Positions 1 to 13,692 of a DNA stretch of 64,000 bases are shown piece by piece. This DNA comes from Pavona decussata. Lineage: Eukaryota. Under the pieces are notes generated by a model that saw only the letters and a list, made by a program, of their open reading frames with translations, had not been told where the DNA came from and did not search any database. Position numbers and translations under genes: made by a program. Numbering within the stretch: the first letter of the stretch is position 1; each line of letters starts with the position of its first letter. The DNA is taken from contig CDRNST010000123.1 in assembly GCA_977016875.1 (NCBI GenBank), positions 5,952,001 to 6,016,000 on the forward strand, given 5' to 3'.

Positions 1-679
1 TTGTTGTCATCTGCTGTCCTTCTCAATGCAAAGTTGGAACAACTCGGCGACGATGTTGCACCAAATAAGTGGACCTCCATACGATGATCTACTGGTTCTT
101 CGCTTAGATCGCCATCCGGCCACCAGAGAAATCTGAACGCGTCTTGGTCGGCTGGTGGTACTCTGACCTGGTAAAACATACACTCTACGTCAGCAGATAA
201 CGCGACCTGTTCCTCACGAAATCTGGTCAACAGTGATCGTTAAGGGATGTTCCTCTGTGTTGTTAAACACCGGGTGGTGAGGCAGATACCATAGCGGCTT
301 ATCTTCTGCATGGGACTCATTTTGTGGTAATCTTCTTGCATGAACCTTAACAAGGTATTGTTCCATGGTGGCCTTGTAGTTTCCAAACAGTTCGCCATCT
401 TGTAGGAACCTCTTCTTGAGTGCTTTCAGTCTTCGTTCTGCCATGGGTCTGTTATATGGCAAGAATGGTGGGTACTGTTTCCAGGGAAGTGCCACTTGGT
501 AACGACCACCTTCGAGTTTCACAGATTGTTCCATGATCGCCAGCGCCTTCCTATCCTCCACAGACATGCACGGCTTAGAGTCAGGAGACACTCCAAAGTT
601 TCCTATTGCACAGAATCTTTCAACTTGTTTCATGAAACAATCATCTTCTCTTGCGACCTCCACTGAACGTACAAAGTTC

Positions 680-1015
680 CCAGGTCACGCATGAACGATA
701 TTTTTGAAATTTGAACGGAGTTGTGGAATTTACATGTCAGTTTTGAAAATCGCCAACGACATTTCAGAGTTCCCGTATAAATTTCCCCAGCTTGTTGACG
801 GTATAAAGCTATGAATTTTTCTTTACATCGCAAAATTGAATGTTTCAAGAATAACAATTGTTTACCAAGTATTTTGAATCTTTTTTTCAGTCAATGCGTC
901 TTTTTCGGAACGATTTCCACAGAAACGTCCAACATTCCATTCACACGTCAGACATTACAAAGAGAAATTCGAATGTTCATTTCATTCTTGGAAATACTGT
1001 TCACGCGTGACCTGG
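680..1015. mobile_element. MITE nested in the BEL pol region
   Basis: 17-bp TIR CCAGGTCACGCATGAAC / GTTCACGCGTGACCTGG (1 mismatch). A diverged copy in the opposite orientation lies at ~37500-37840. Confidence 0.8.
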
Positions 1016-2452
1016 ATTGACTGTAACGTTTACATGGCATTCTTGGCTTTGGATCTTCTCCATTGGGCCCATCAGTGTCCAACCAAGGGGTTTGCGTATG
1101 GCATACGGCTCTCCTCTCTCACCACGCCTTTCTTCTAATACCCAGAAGGCCTCTGGAGCGTTGGTGCCAATCATTAACCGGACTTCTTTCTCGCTTATAC
1201 TTAGCAGATTGATGTCTTCCAGATGAGGCCACCTCTTTGCATTTTGTTCTGACGGGATACTTCGACTGGAAGCGTTCAACCTATCAACAGTCCACAGTCT
1301 TTTGACCTCTACTTTATCAGTACCGTCAAGTGGCTCTACGGTTAGGCTTATTTAATGACCCACTCTCGGGCTATCTTCTTTCTCTTGTGTCGTCGGGAAG
1401 AATGTGCCAGATTCTTGTCACATAAGGATATATCTGAACCACTGTCTATAAGGGCGTGCGTTTCCACTGTCTTGCTTGCATCATGCTTTCCCACTTTAAC
1501 AGGGACTACCCTCAGGCACACCTTTCCCTTCCCTGCTGAGGTACTGTTTGCTTGTCCACTTCGTAACGGTGTACTACTATCTACTTGGGTGCCTTGGTCA
1601 GCTACTCTAGCTCTGCTTTCCATCGTGTGTTGTGGAAACGGAGGGTGAAGCAGGGTATGGTGTCTTCTCTTGCATCCTTGAACTTCACATGTACTCCTGG
1701 CTAGGCATCCCACTGCGATGTGACCATACTTAAAGCAATTATGGCATAACTGAGCCTTTCTCGTCACTTGTAGACGTTCTTCGAAGTTCTTGTCGACGAA
1801 ATTCTTGCATTTCACCAAGGAGTGAGCTCCGTTGCATGCTGGACATATCGCATATCTGGTGGCTGGAAATTCTTTGGTGTAATGCGCACTCTGCCTTCCT
1901 CTGGGGTCAGTTTATTGAGTGTTCAGTGTGGCAATACTTTCATTTGATGATGCAGTTCCCTTCGCCTTTGACGTTCGCCTCTGGTCATCTGGTTTGCCAC
2001 GCGCAACATCTACCACACAACCGAACACTGGATTGTTCGTAGCTCTCGCTTTCACCTTGACAAATTCTGCGATGTGGCTGTTTGTTCTCTGACCAGTTTG
2101 CTGGATTTGATCCGCGACTTCAATAAACTTTGTTCGGAGATGAAACGGCAGCCTCTGAACAATTCTTCTTAGGTTATTTGCGCTGTTTATTTCATCCAGA
2201 TATCCGATAGATTCCAGTGTATGTTTGCAATCCTTTAGCTGGTCTGCAAATGCTAACAATCCCACACGGTCCGATGGCTTTAAGGGTGGCCCGTCCGTTA
2301 ACTTGGTTACGTATTTTGAAGCAATTGTGAAGGGATGTCCAAATCGTTCTTCGAGTAGCTTTCTTGCCATTTGGTATCCCAGGGAAGAATCCATGACTAA
2401 ACAACACTTGATCGTGTCCTTTGCTACGCCCGATGTGTACTGAAGGAGATAG

Positions 2453-2603
2453 ATAGATACGTAGATAGATACGTTTATTAAGACACTACATGGCAGTATA
2501 AACTGAATTGCGTAGAGAAAAAAAAAATTACAGACTATTTACAAATGTATATACTAAAAATCAATAATCAAAATATATAAAACTAAGCTATTTACACATC
2601 TTC
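2453..2603 (-). mobile_element. 5'-truncated non-LTR retrotransposon 3' end with (TATC)n tail, inserted in gag
   Basis: Minus strand ends AATAAACGTATCTATCTACGTATCTAT. ATAG is duplicated at 2449-2452 and 2604-2607, and removing the insert restores gag [13 protein letters not shown]. Confidence 0.65.
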
Positions 2604-3674
2604 ATAGTACATGAGCTTCTCGCTTTCGCTAGATGCGTTGGCTGTAATGCTGTTTTCAAATGATTTGATAAAGTTCCAGTACTCGAGAGAATCACCATCG
2701 AATATTGTCAGCTCCTTCTTCGGCAACGAAAAACCCTGCTTTATGGTTAACGCCATCTTATCCATAACTACTTCAGGCCAGGGGGAAGGTGACTTGGACC
2801 CTACTGGTAAACCCTTAAACTCCCGCGCGTTGGGGTTCAGGCGTGATTCGGCGTCTTGAGAACCAATTTTCTGTTCGGTCCGAAGTTCAGAATCGTCCTG
2901 CTTTGATGGATTTGCGACTTCATCATTAAACGGATTCGGTTCTTCGAAAGCTTTCGAAAGGTTAGAGTAAATGGGCTCCTCATCTTGCAACAACTTTTCT
3001 TGAAGATTAGTCCTTTGAACTTCATACTGAGCTTCCAGGACCTTAAACTTTAATTTCGTCTCCTCTTCTTGGCGTAATAATTCTTGCTTTTGTTTCAAAT
3101 GATTTAACTTTAAATGCGCTAGTGCTTGTTCGGCTCTTAGCTGTCTGACGGATAAGTGTGAATTGCCACCACTCGCGATGTTCAAGGAATCTTCAGAAGG
3201 CAAATCGTCGTTTTCGTGTGTCTGAGTGGGTGCCGTTGCGCCATGTATCCATCGCTCGATTCTCGATTCAAAATTCATTTTTCGGTGGCAATGTTCCTTT
3301 AAATAACAGGCTTCGCTTTCCCACACTTCTAGGTCAACCGGCAAGGTAGCGATGTAGTCGTAGTGGGCCCTTTCGAAGCGAGCGAAAGCTTCATTAACTT
3401 TCAGTAGTTTCTCCGAGACTTCATCAACATTTTTAGCGTCATTGAGAAGAACTTCAGTGGCTCGGCGCAACGCTGTGAGTCTCGACAAATACCCTGATCT
3501 CGAATTCTTCAGTCGTAAACTATCGATGGCTTCTTCTGAATGGACTCGGCGTCTTCTTTGCCTTTCGGATCGGACAACATGGCATTCACCAGATCTTTGA
3601 ATGCATGTAATGGACACTCCAAGTACAGTTTGAAATTCGCACTTTAATACTTTAACGCGATTCACTAGAACAAA

Positions 3675-4052
3675 TGTAACGAAAGAAAAATACAGAATTA
3701 ATAAACGCGAACAGAAAAAGTGAACGTACAACAATCGAACAAGAAATCAAACCAAAAATTCACAAGCGAAAATATAACTACTTACAAGATCTGTACGGCA
3801 ACTTCGGATAAACAACAACTGCTTACAAGGGCGGAATACAAAACCTTTATACTAATTTTAAACGAAAAGAATAAGCCTGACGAAGTTACAGACTAAACAA
3901 TAAACGATTACGTAACGCGACGCCGAGAAACTAACTTGCTAGAAAAATGCGCATATCAAACTAAATTCCAAAAAGCTAAACTAAAACGCGATGACAAATA
4001 TTTGCATTGATTACACAACAATAAGAAAAAAAAATTAACTCTCGTGGCTACA
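3675..4052 (-). repeat. Putative 5' LTR of the BEL/Pao element
   Basis: Minus strand reads TGTAGCC...CGTTACA (TG...CA termini, TGTA/TACA inverted) over ~380 bp of AT-rich sequence just upstream of gag. The second LTR is outside the window. Confidence 0.55.
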
Positions 4053-4129
4053 GCACCTGACAAGTTCTCCTCCAATCGGAAAACGTATTTGAGTTGGGAG
4101 GTATAGCAAACGTATTTTAAAACAGTTAC

Positions 4130-4947
4130 CGTGTCACCGAGATCCCTTCCTCCAGCTTCGTTATAGGACTCGAGATTTGTCCAAAGCTTGGAGTCGTAGC
4201 TGAAGGTCATCTGCGATAAAGTGGCTCCGTGTTAATTCATTAGATTTCTTACTATAGAAGAATGCTGGAATAACTTTTACTTGCGCGGGAACTTTTTTTC
4301 AAGCAGAGAAAAGCTTTTGTGTAATCTTAAGAAAGCTGATGTAGTTTTCCACTGTAGCAAATGACAGCAAAAAAGAAAACACAAATCACCCTAATCAGGT
4401 CAATGGTAACGTTAAAAAAGGAAACATTTGAAGTCACTTTCTGAAAATCTGCCAATCCAACTGGTTGTCTCATAGCTTGCTATTAGTTAACAAAAGTTCG
4501 CTTGTCTACTATTCTACGTAGGAAACTTGAGGCGACAGTGTTAGCCCCTCTTTTTTAAAGACTCTCACAGAACATTTGGCAAGCGGCCTAAGGAACAGAA
4601 AGATCATTCATTACTATACCTTACTGCCGTTCATTTTAAGAGCTAGTGTCCACCCTCCCTCGCCGCACTCAGGTGTACTTTCCATTTTACAATAAATCAA
4701 GCTTGTTTTCTGACCGACTGTTTTAATATGATAGGCACCACTGGAAACATTTCTGTTATAGGAACAAAAAGCAGAAAAGTATAATGAAAATAAGTAACCA
4801 TAAGCCCCTTCGATGGCTTATATTGAAGCATAATGTCTGGGGCTTATAACTTGTCTGTGAGGTGAACAGTTGTGAAATTTAAACTTTTTCTATTCCTTCT
4901 GATCAAACTCAGTCTATTTTGCGATAAAGGTGCTTGTGGTGAAGTGG

Positions 4948-5014
<67 letters not shown>

Positions 5015-5718
5015 ATGGCTGTTTCCAGGTTTTCCTCACGGAAAAAGTGTAGCGAAGGCAAAAAAATCAAGTGTGTCACATGACAAAATACTTCACGATT
5101 CATAATTATTTTTGCAACGTGTTCCAGCGTCTTCTTGTATGTGGCGAACGTGATCCTGGGGACGAGGTTGCTGTGGTTTTTGTCATGTCCTTTAGATTTT
5201 AGGTTTTATTTATATCATTTTCAGTAATAACTTATCAGTGTAACCTTTTTTTTAATATTTCTAGGCAGGATGCTTCAGCTGTGCTCGGGTCATCTCCTGG
5301 TTCTGTTTGATAGAGGGGAAAGAAAAATAACAAAATTTAAGAATTACTCCGGCCAGTTATAACAGACTGAAGTAAGCAGCGTAGTTGACCATGCAATTGG
5401 CGTAAAGCGAGGGAAAAAACGTGCGAGCAAGTCATGGTTTTGGTTTTGCTTCTTATTGGTCGAGAAAATGGCGCGAATTTCACGAGCCAAACGCAGAGTA
5501 GAGTAAAGCTGAACTAAAGAAAACGCGAAACTACTTTCGACAATCATATGAAAACCGTTCTATTCAGCGGGGATAATTGGCATTTCTACTCAACGAGGCA
5601 CAGCGTGCCTTTTTGGTTACAGTTTATGTTCGTCTCGTTTTCCAGGAATAATTGTTTTGAAAAATGACAAAGTGCAGTTATTTACCATATTTGATGGGTT
5701 CCACTGGTGCTGCCTGAA

Positions 5719-5750
<32 letters not shown>

Positions 5751-8700
5751 ATGGGGCAATGATTAATCTTCAACCTACTCATTACTTCTAAGTTTTTCTT
5801 TAATCCCTAAGAAGGCTGGCTTGTTGTGACAAAATTATCCGTTAAAGAAAATAATCTACTGGGCGCGGTTGTTCGAAAGGCGATTAACGCTAATCCCCGA
5901 TTAAAAGTTAACTGAGGTTTGTACCACGGTCGTTAAAAATGTTTTTAAAAGCTGATTCTTAGCTAAAGCAAAGAAAGGTCTAAGTGAAAACTGAAGGGCA
6001 AAATTGTTTGGAAAAATGCTCATTGATTAGTAATTAAATTCGAATCAAAGTTCACGTTAATCCAGGATTAGCTTAATCGGGTTTTGAACAACTGGGCCCA
6101 GGTCCTACAGAATCATGCTTTAGGGGTTAGAGTCAGTAGCAGTCAAACTGTCTCCATCTTTGGCGGTAATGTCTCCGGATGAATACCAGTAGCTGATGAC
6201 ATTATGTTACCGTATTTTGTTATTAAGTTTCTTTATGATGGGAAGTGTTTATTGAACTGCACCCACTGAATGGTTCGCTTCGGAGAATATCTCAGTGTTC
6301 GGAAGGTCGGCCTAAACTACCTCAGACTTTAGGATTTAATTTATATATAAGTGAAAAAATAATGTTATCTTTGTTGAAATGTCACCTCAAAGTTTCGTAG
6401 CATTTGAAAATTAAATATGCGAGCTTTTTGTCGCGACAAACACTAGTGTCCGTAATAAGCGGGTGTCCGTAAAGCGGGATTTTTTAATTTCTTGAATTTG
6501 TTCAGTTGGTTGTCTCTGTTTATTCAGTTTGAAAATTTAATTAGGAAGAGTAGAGAGAGAATTTGTTTTTAAGAAGCAATATCAAGGTATTTTCCCGGGT
6601 TTCCAGGTTTTCTTTCTTGGTTTTCAGCTTGAACAAACGTTTTTAAATTTAATATCCAAGAACTTTGCTAATGTACAAATTACAAGGCTGTAGCTCTAGA
6701 CCAGCAAGGCGACAATCTGATTAAGTGCACACTGATTAATAAGCCACTTTCGAATTTTTTGCCTTTTTTTATCTAACACACAAATGGAAAAACTCAGTTG
6801 AGACAAGGACCTCTTCCAGATCTTATTTTCGCTGATCTTTTCAACCAGTAACCGCCATTAGTATTAAAAATAAAAGTTAGAGGCAACGCTTGGCCCATCC
6901 GTTGCTAAAGACACTCATTCAATAACTGACCAGTTTAACTCAGGTTGTACGTTAATTTTGCTCACAAAACAACGCAGTTTGTTACGCGTGTAACTCAATT
7001 CAGCATATCATGACTCAATATATAGCCTTGCTAAGTGTTAGTTTCCATACTCTAGAATAGCCATTTTTAACAAAAGTTCCCTTGGTGGCACCTTGATGTT
7101 AAGGGTGATCTTGACTGTTGTACATAAATTTTGCTCGCAAAGCAGCACCGAGTTTGTTACGAGTGTAGTTCAATTCAGCATATGATATGCTCAAAACATA
7201 ACTAGCCTAGCTAAAATCTAATTTCCGTATTCTAGAAAAGCCATTTTCAACAAAAGTCCCTCGATGGCACCATGACGATGTTAATTTTATTCACAAACTA
7301 GTAACAAGTTTCGGTTACGTGCGTAGCTCGATGCAGCAAAAGACGTATGCACCGCTTATTAAAGGTTTCCACGTATAAGGGCAAAGGTAGACCATTATTT
7401 TTAGGCTACCATTGACCCAAACAAATAGAGAACTAGATGATGTAGTCTCTTCAAAGTACGTAACGTATGTAATGGTTGGAATAAACGTAAGTTCCACTCC
7501 TATTTTGGTTTGGCATTTCCAACCCAATTCCAAGACGGCAAACGCGGTATTAAACTCTGTTTTAAGTCACTATACGCAGTAAGATATCGCCAATATCAGT
7601 CACTTTATATTAAGTTGGCGTTCTGTTTACGGATGGTGGTTTCCAGGGACAACCGATGGAAAAGCTTTATTGCTGTTGAATAAATATTTCTAAAATCTTC
7701 ATCAAATTTTCCTTTAAAGTTAAATATTGGCCCTCGTTTTTCTTTGTCGTTGGCACTGCAAACACACTCAAATCGGCCACCCGCAAATATTGCTAGGACC
7801 CCTTGGAAATATGCGAAAAATTAAAAAGCATTTACGTTGACATTATATGTGTATTTTCGAGGATGGCGTGGTTTCGTAAACAACAACAGATAACAAAACA
7901 AAACGTTTCTTGGAACCGCGGAAATTTGAACAAATTTCAACGAAGCTAAATAAAAAATTATAACCGACTTCTAAACGGAGTTATTACAAGCCACCGAGAT
8001 GTCTGTTTACTTCAACGCAAAAACAGCATTATTTGATAAATTATACCAATAGACTTCCAGTTTAAAAATTAAAGATTACCCCCATTTTGTTTTTGTTTTT
8101 TTGTATTTTAAAATTTCGCTTCACGAAAGTGGAATTTCCCGTTTCGATGGTCTTCGTTTGGGTTTTAAACATTTAATAACCCCAGAAATGAACATCATAT
8201 TTGAGATGCAAAACTTGGAAATCACCTAGATGAATAAAATTTATTACAAAAAAAAAAATAGATTAATTGAGATATTACCAATTCATTTATTTCTGCAGCT
8301 AACGCGTTGATATCGCGGATTTATACGAATACTGAATTACCTAACATTGAAGAAAGTCCTCGATTTTCGTAACCTCCCTTTCAAGACTTCCATCGTCAGG
8401 CGAACTCAAGAAATGTAACATTGCCGACGCAGCTGATTCTATACAGAGTACAATCCTTTTACTGGAGGCTACGAGAACTGTTTTCATGTTTGGGCGGTGT
8501 TGTTCTTTAATTTCTTGTTTATAATCACACGCACATTAATATTATTTTGTTTTTACTTACTAACCGTGGGAAGTGAAATAAAGTGTTGGCGAAAATGTTA
8601 GCGGGCGGTGCACAATTTCCAACAAAAATTATTTTGAAACTAAATAGCACTTACTCTAATCTGGTGGAAGGTCCATCCTCTTGAGAATATCGTCCTCTTG

Positions 8701-8936
8701 TTGTCACACTCGTCTCTTAAACCATCCGAGTTTATCTCGCATGTTTTCTTCCTTCTACGGTAGTTGTAAGAGATACATGTCGGCTCGTCATGGCAAGCTT
8801 GGAGACATCCCATCCAATCCACATCGAAAATTGTCTTATGTACGTGACCCGGTAAGTAATACTCCTTTAATGTCACTGAGGCACAAGGCGCAATTATCAG
8901 TCCCACGAAAAGGCAAAAAAATGAAGCAAAAAACAT
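4130..8936 (-). CDS. Secreted PAN/Apple-domain + fibrinogen-N/USOMP-5-like protein (5 exons; 3' part lies beyond the BEL element, outside the window)
   Basis: Exons: 8936-8655 (signal peptide MFFASFFCLFVGLIIAPCAS; PAN motif CLQACHDEPTCISYNY...CEIN), 5713-5686 (AAPVEPIKY), 5302-5245 (PGDDPSTAEASCLEILKK), 4752-4620 (SSGAYHIK...[26 protein letters not shown]), 4210-4130 ([21 protein letters not shown]). All junctions are GT-AG and phases 0/1/2/0 are consistent. Confidence 0.82.
4948..5013 (+). repeat. (TGA)n microsatellite
   Basis: About 22 perfect units, intronic. Confidence 0.97.
5717..5750 (+). repeat. (GAAA)n microsatellite forming the polypyrimidine tract of the 5713 acceptor
   Basis: Tandem GAAA directly upstream (minus strand) of the 28-nt exon. 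Confidence 0.9.
5862..6098. mobile_element. MITE, probably PIF/Harbinger-type
   Basis: TIR GGCGCGGTTGTTCGAAA / TTTGAACAACTGGGCC with CTG and CAG (CWG) flanks. Confidence 0.7.
6946..7300 (+). repeat. Diverged ~170-bp tandem duplication
   Basis: TTGTAC...AATTTTGCTC...CAATTCAGCATAT...TCTAGAA.AGCCATTTT.AACAAAAGT...TGGCACC occurs at ~6946 and ~7117, followed by a partial third unit. Confidence 0.8.
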
Positions 8937-9887
8937 TTTTGACCGATCCACTTTGTCCTAAACTAAGACATCTCTAGCGTTCCGCAATTGGTGATATCAA
9001 CGAGACTCGTAAACTGCGGAAATGTTCTTATCGGAACAAGAAAAATGAGAGCTATTCTCCCGCGTTAAAAGTTCCTTTTCCTTGCCCTTTCATTGCGACA
9101 ACTGAGTTCTATTTAAGATCGTTCAGATCATTCAGGTCGTTGTCCTTTTACCCTGCGAATGAATTTTAACTGTGCTTTGAGAGAGGCTGTCGCTGAACGA
9201 CAAATTAGACTTGGAAATGGGAAATTTCCGACAGGCCCACTGACGTAACAAAAACGCTCTTTACGTACTTTACACGAATCAAACATAATTAGCTTTTCCA
9301 TTTTGTTTTGGCAGGACGCCGTCAAGTTGTGAATGATACTCAATTTAATATCACAGCCGTGAGAGGAAAATTGGATTAAAACTGCGAATTGAGTAAACAG
9401 ACTAACCAGCAAACACGTTTTGGCAAATTTATCAAGCGAGAAGGCACGATTTCTTTTATTAAAGCCCACAAAGGCAGGAAAGAATTGATTGAAGTCTAAT
9501 TAACGCAATTTACTTCTTTTGCAAAACGTAAAACATTACACCTTTAATAACAATTGCTATTCCTATGTTACAAATTACTGAGTTCGAATCGCTAATGAAT
9601 TTTCATTATTGCGTTCGCCAGAGCAATAAATATAATCTGCGGTAACATTGGCTTCTTGTGCCATCAGAAGGAGCTCAGAACAATTAAAATAATGGTATCG
9701 CGAATCAGAATTTTTGAATTTAGAAAACAAAAAGTTCGTATAGAAGCCATGCAATAGCCCATGTCCGGTTCTTGTAATATTTGAAGCAATGAATTACAGT
9801 GTCTTCAAGGAGAGAAACCACACAGATGTACTGAAGCAATGGACTCTGTCATTGTCTATATTCACTACTTCAGTCACTGTCGATCTA

Positions 9888-10053
9888 AATAGACCGTATT
9901 CGTATTCTCGGTATTGAACTGGAACTGGCTTGCACACGAGGCTTATGCGGGGAAATCTTTTCACATGCAAATAGTTTCTAATATATTCCCCCGCATGAGC
10001 CTCCATTGCAAGCTCGATCCAGTTCAATACCGAGAATACGAATATGGTCTATT
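9888..10053. mobile_element. Palindromic MITE
   Basis: AATAGACCGTATTCGTATTCTCGGTATTGAACTGGA... pairs with ...TCCAGTTCAATACCGAGAATACGAATATGGTCTATT, with arms of ~70 bp. Confidence 0.85.
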
Positions 10054-13000
10054 GCTGCTTTTTTGCATCCCAGCGTTTTAAGATGATGTCCCGGTGGTTT
10101 CGCGCAACTTGGCTGACAGCGTTAAAACCGAATTGCGCGTTGAGGCGTTGCGAGGAAACAGGTCCCCATAATTTTCTTATAAAGGTACTAGGAAGACGTT
10201 ATTGAAATATCAAGGAAATTCACCTTGGGTGATCATATACTTAATTCTCATGACCTCAGGGGGACTGTTGGGGCCACATACTGCATATTTTTCAATAGGA
10301 ACCTTCGGATCAAAGTACCAGTACTAAATCAGTCACATCCCCAGAACTCTTGCTCCTTCCCGTTGTTTACCAGCAGCAAGAGAGGCTTGCCAGCAGATAA
10401 AGAGACCCAAGAAACAAGATTGGTGCGACAAGCAGTTATTTGAACCACGCAAACTAGATTTGAAAAGTCGTACTCGCACTCAATCTCGTACTCGTAGTCA
10501 AATCTGAAGATCCCTCATATTTCGTCAAGCACGCGGCCTGACTTCTTCAGGCTTCTGGTCGTACTTGTATAGTCAACCTTTCTTCATTAATTTAATTGAA
10601 TACCCACCCCACCTTCTCCATATTTTGTTTTAATTTACTGAAAAGAAAAAGACATGTTGCAACATATCAGGGTTGGCTACGTCTTGCCTGTGGCTGCTTT
10701 TGTGCTACTCCGGATCGCTGATAATCACCAACGAAATGTTTAATTTTTTTATTTTGTTTCTACAGAAACTTCTGAAAGCAAAATTCACCTAGTTCGGCAT
10801 CAGTCAGTACTGTTATTTGACACTATTGGCAACTAGACAACGGGCACTGTTTGACTAACAAGAGACTGATCCAAAGCATAGTTAATAAAAGGCCATGGTT
10901 ATGAAGCCTGACAAATTTCTTTGTTATATGTTTTTGTTAGCATTTTTGGCCTTGACAGTGTACAGACGACAATATCTAGATTTTGAAAAGTATTGGAGCA
11001 ACTGACCAGTAGAAACGTTCGTGTTAAGATATTCAACTGTAGTGTGAAGATTCAAACAAAGGATTGTGCACTGTCGTGGCCCTTCCAACATAAATTGCAG
11101 CACTATTGTTTTCATGGCAAAGTTTCATAACCAGTCCCTCAATTAACTGTGTCCAAAGGTAGCGATATTAGTCACTTTGTACAGTCATCGCAGCCAATGG
11201 CATCAGAGCTTTACTGAGCAATAACACTGTCACTTCGTTCACCAATCAGGTCAAAAGCTAGAGACTTAATCGTGTACTTTTGTGAATTGTCAGATACCTG
11301 GCGTGAATTGTAATAACGTTTACAGTGAATTTTCTCGGTAAATTTTAATAGGCAAATATTATAGTAAAAAGCCGACGTTTCGGCATCATCATGACTTACT
11401 TACAAATTATGCGGGATGTAAAATATACCTGGTGTAAATTGCAATAAGGCTTGGCGTTTTTTGGAAGCAATCAATCAATCAATCAATCAAAATTGCCGAA
11501 AAATTGCTACCTTTTTAATGATAATAATATTAAAAAATGCCAAAAAGATATTACCTGTATGTATAAGAGAAACCGTTCGGACGACATGAAAGCATGCCGC
11601 CAACGTTTATATAGGTGTTATACAGTTTGGGCGGCGTGTACTGTGGTTAATTGTGAAACGTCGTGAATTTGAATACCAGCTGTCCTTTTACTGCGGTAAT
11701 GACCTATCGCAAATCGTAATAACACGCTGTCGTAAATTGTAAAAAGACATTGTCGTGTTTCGTAATACTTCTATACAATGACGGCTGATTGGTGAGCGTA
11801 ATTTTGGCAATCCGCTCTTGCAAATAATCCAATTAAAAATGTCTCTGACTCAAACGCCCTAACAGTACATGAAGGGAGTGAATATCAAGGATAACAACGC
11901 AGTGAGCGACTGATCGATCAACTAGCAAACCAACCAACCAACCAGCCAAACAAACAACCAATTACTGACCAAATAACTAGCGGATAGGAGTGTTTTTACC
12001 TTTTTATAGTAGAAACAACGGAAACCGTTTGGACTACTCAGTAGCGCCAATATAGTTTCGCGTAATGTTTCTGTTTACATGCGTGGAGGGCGGATAATAT
12101 ACATGTCAATCAAATTAAAGCCGGGCGGAGATGTTTCCGCACCTTAGAAATGAGCACATTTTAAGCATGGAATAGGAAAGTATAAGTTAACTATATCGCA
12201 AATGAAGGAGCATTCGCGTGAAGTGCTAGGGTTACACTAGTTTTGTCTTTTGATAACAGTTTACAGGGCGTCTATTACTGTTCCAAGAAAATAACCTTGT
12301 TTGCCAAGAGTTTTTTTGCTGCTGGTGTACGGAGAGGCATGGATGCTTTACCCGTTAGCGACTCTGCCCTTTTTCTGTAGTCCCATGCTAAGCCTAACAA
12401 TCCGTATTCCCGCTGAGACGTGAAGAGATTGCAATGCTCTCTTGGCAGACGTGGAATCCGGAATCCACAATGCGGCGGAAATCGGAATCTAAGACCTCTT
12501 GGATTAGCTTACACGGGGCAGGAGATAGGTGAGTTTGTTCGGGTTATAGTTGTCATTGGTTTACTTTGATTTAAATTTGCTGTTAGTAAAAATGTTATTG
12601 TCCTGTGTCGAGGGTTTTCTTTGGATTCTCTAGTATCTACTCTATTCTCAAAAATCAACATGTAGCAGAACCATGAAAATACGGTAATTCGCCCATGTTA
12701 TTTGCGGATGGCAAACAATGAGTTATTTGCATATTGTAATTTCTATGATATAGTTCAGTTAAGATTTGTGTGATTGGAGAAGGCTAAGCCGGCATGGAAG
12801 ATCATCTTCTTAAAATGATGTCGACCATGGTTGAAGGCTGGCAGCACAGTCATCCATTGAAGGCCACCGTGTACCCGGCAGTGGGTCAAAGCTTTAGATT
12901 TTAGACCTAAATCAGGTCTAAAATAGGCCTAGATAACCTACATTAGGCCTAGATTAGCTTAAATTAGACAAAAAAAAAAATGGTTGTACTGAGGAGAGGT

Positions 13001-13427
13001 TTCCGGTTTCGAATTCTATGCTAATATAATTTAAATGTTTAGAATAACGCTGGTTGTACAAGAATGAGTTTTTTGCTACGTTTTCCGACAAATTTTGACT
13101 TATTGGCTTATAAACTTGATCGAACACTGGACCGCCAGTTAGGAAACGATACTTGCCAAGGAAAAAACTAAAAATTTAGTCGTTCGGAATGTGAATAGTT
13201 GCCAAATGCAGACTTGTCAGGAGAACTGTTGCTGGTACACATCCAGCATAACAAGACTGAAAAGCTGTTCAAACGGGCCGGAGACGAGTGTTTCCGCCAT
13301 CAACTGTTTCGAGTTCAAACCTTCACGAGCACTGCCATAAGCTTATGGAAATCAAAAAAGAAAGTTCACACTATTTTATAAAATAGACGCCCGCCGGAAT
13401 GGATATATTTGTTTGGGTGTATATCGA

Positions 13428-13692
13428 TAATTAACAATTATTCCACGAGTGAGCGTTGGATATAAGACGATAGATAGCCAATGAGACGCATAAAGAGCAG
13501 TGACAAGTTGGCTATAATCATGTCATATCCAACAAGCACCTGTTGAACTGTTTTATTAGAGACAAACAAAAATTTGCACTAGAAGACGATTTATGGCCCC
13601 TCTTCCTTGCCCACGATATTGGCTCATATAACATGGCCGTTAAGTCAATCTAGACTCTGGAATTGTGATATACAATGACCCAGTTTTAATAA
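13428..13692 (+). mobile_element. Dispersed hairpin-containing repeat family (copy 1 of 4)
   Basis: TAATTAACAATTATTCCACGAG...GTTGGATAT.AGA...GGCTATAATCAT.TCATATCCAACAAGC...TATACAATGA...TTTTAATAA; other copies at 51743, 54161 and 56820. Confidence 0.8.

Larger units (their letters stand above)
1..4052 (-). mobile_element. Degenerate BEL/Pao LTR retrotransposon (5' LTR, gag, protease, start of RT); runs off the left edge
   Basis: Minus-strand fragments occur in canonical order: gag/DUF1759-like ([30 protein letters not shown]), zinc knuckles ([29 protein letters not shown]), aspartic protease (ALIDSGS), then Pao RT ([28 protein letters not shown]...[16 protein letters not shown] at 1-213). Broken by frameshifts, stops and two nested insertions. 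Confidence 0.93.

Noticed and set aside
4872-5105. Poly-Met / poly-Ser ORFs
   Set aside because: Artefacts of the intronic (TGA)n microsatellite.
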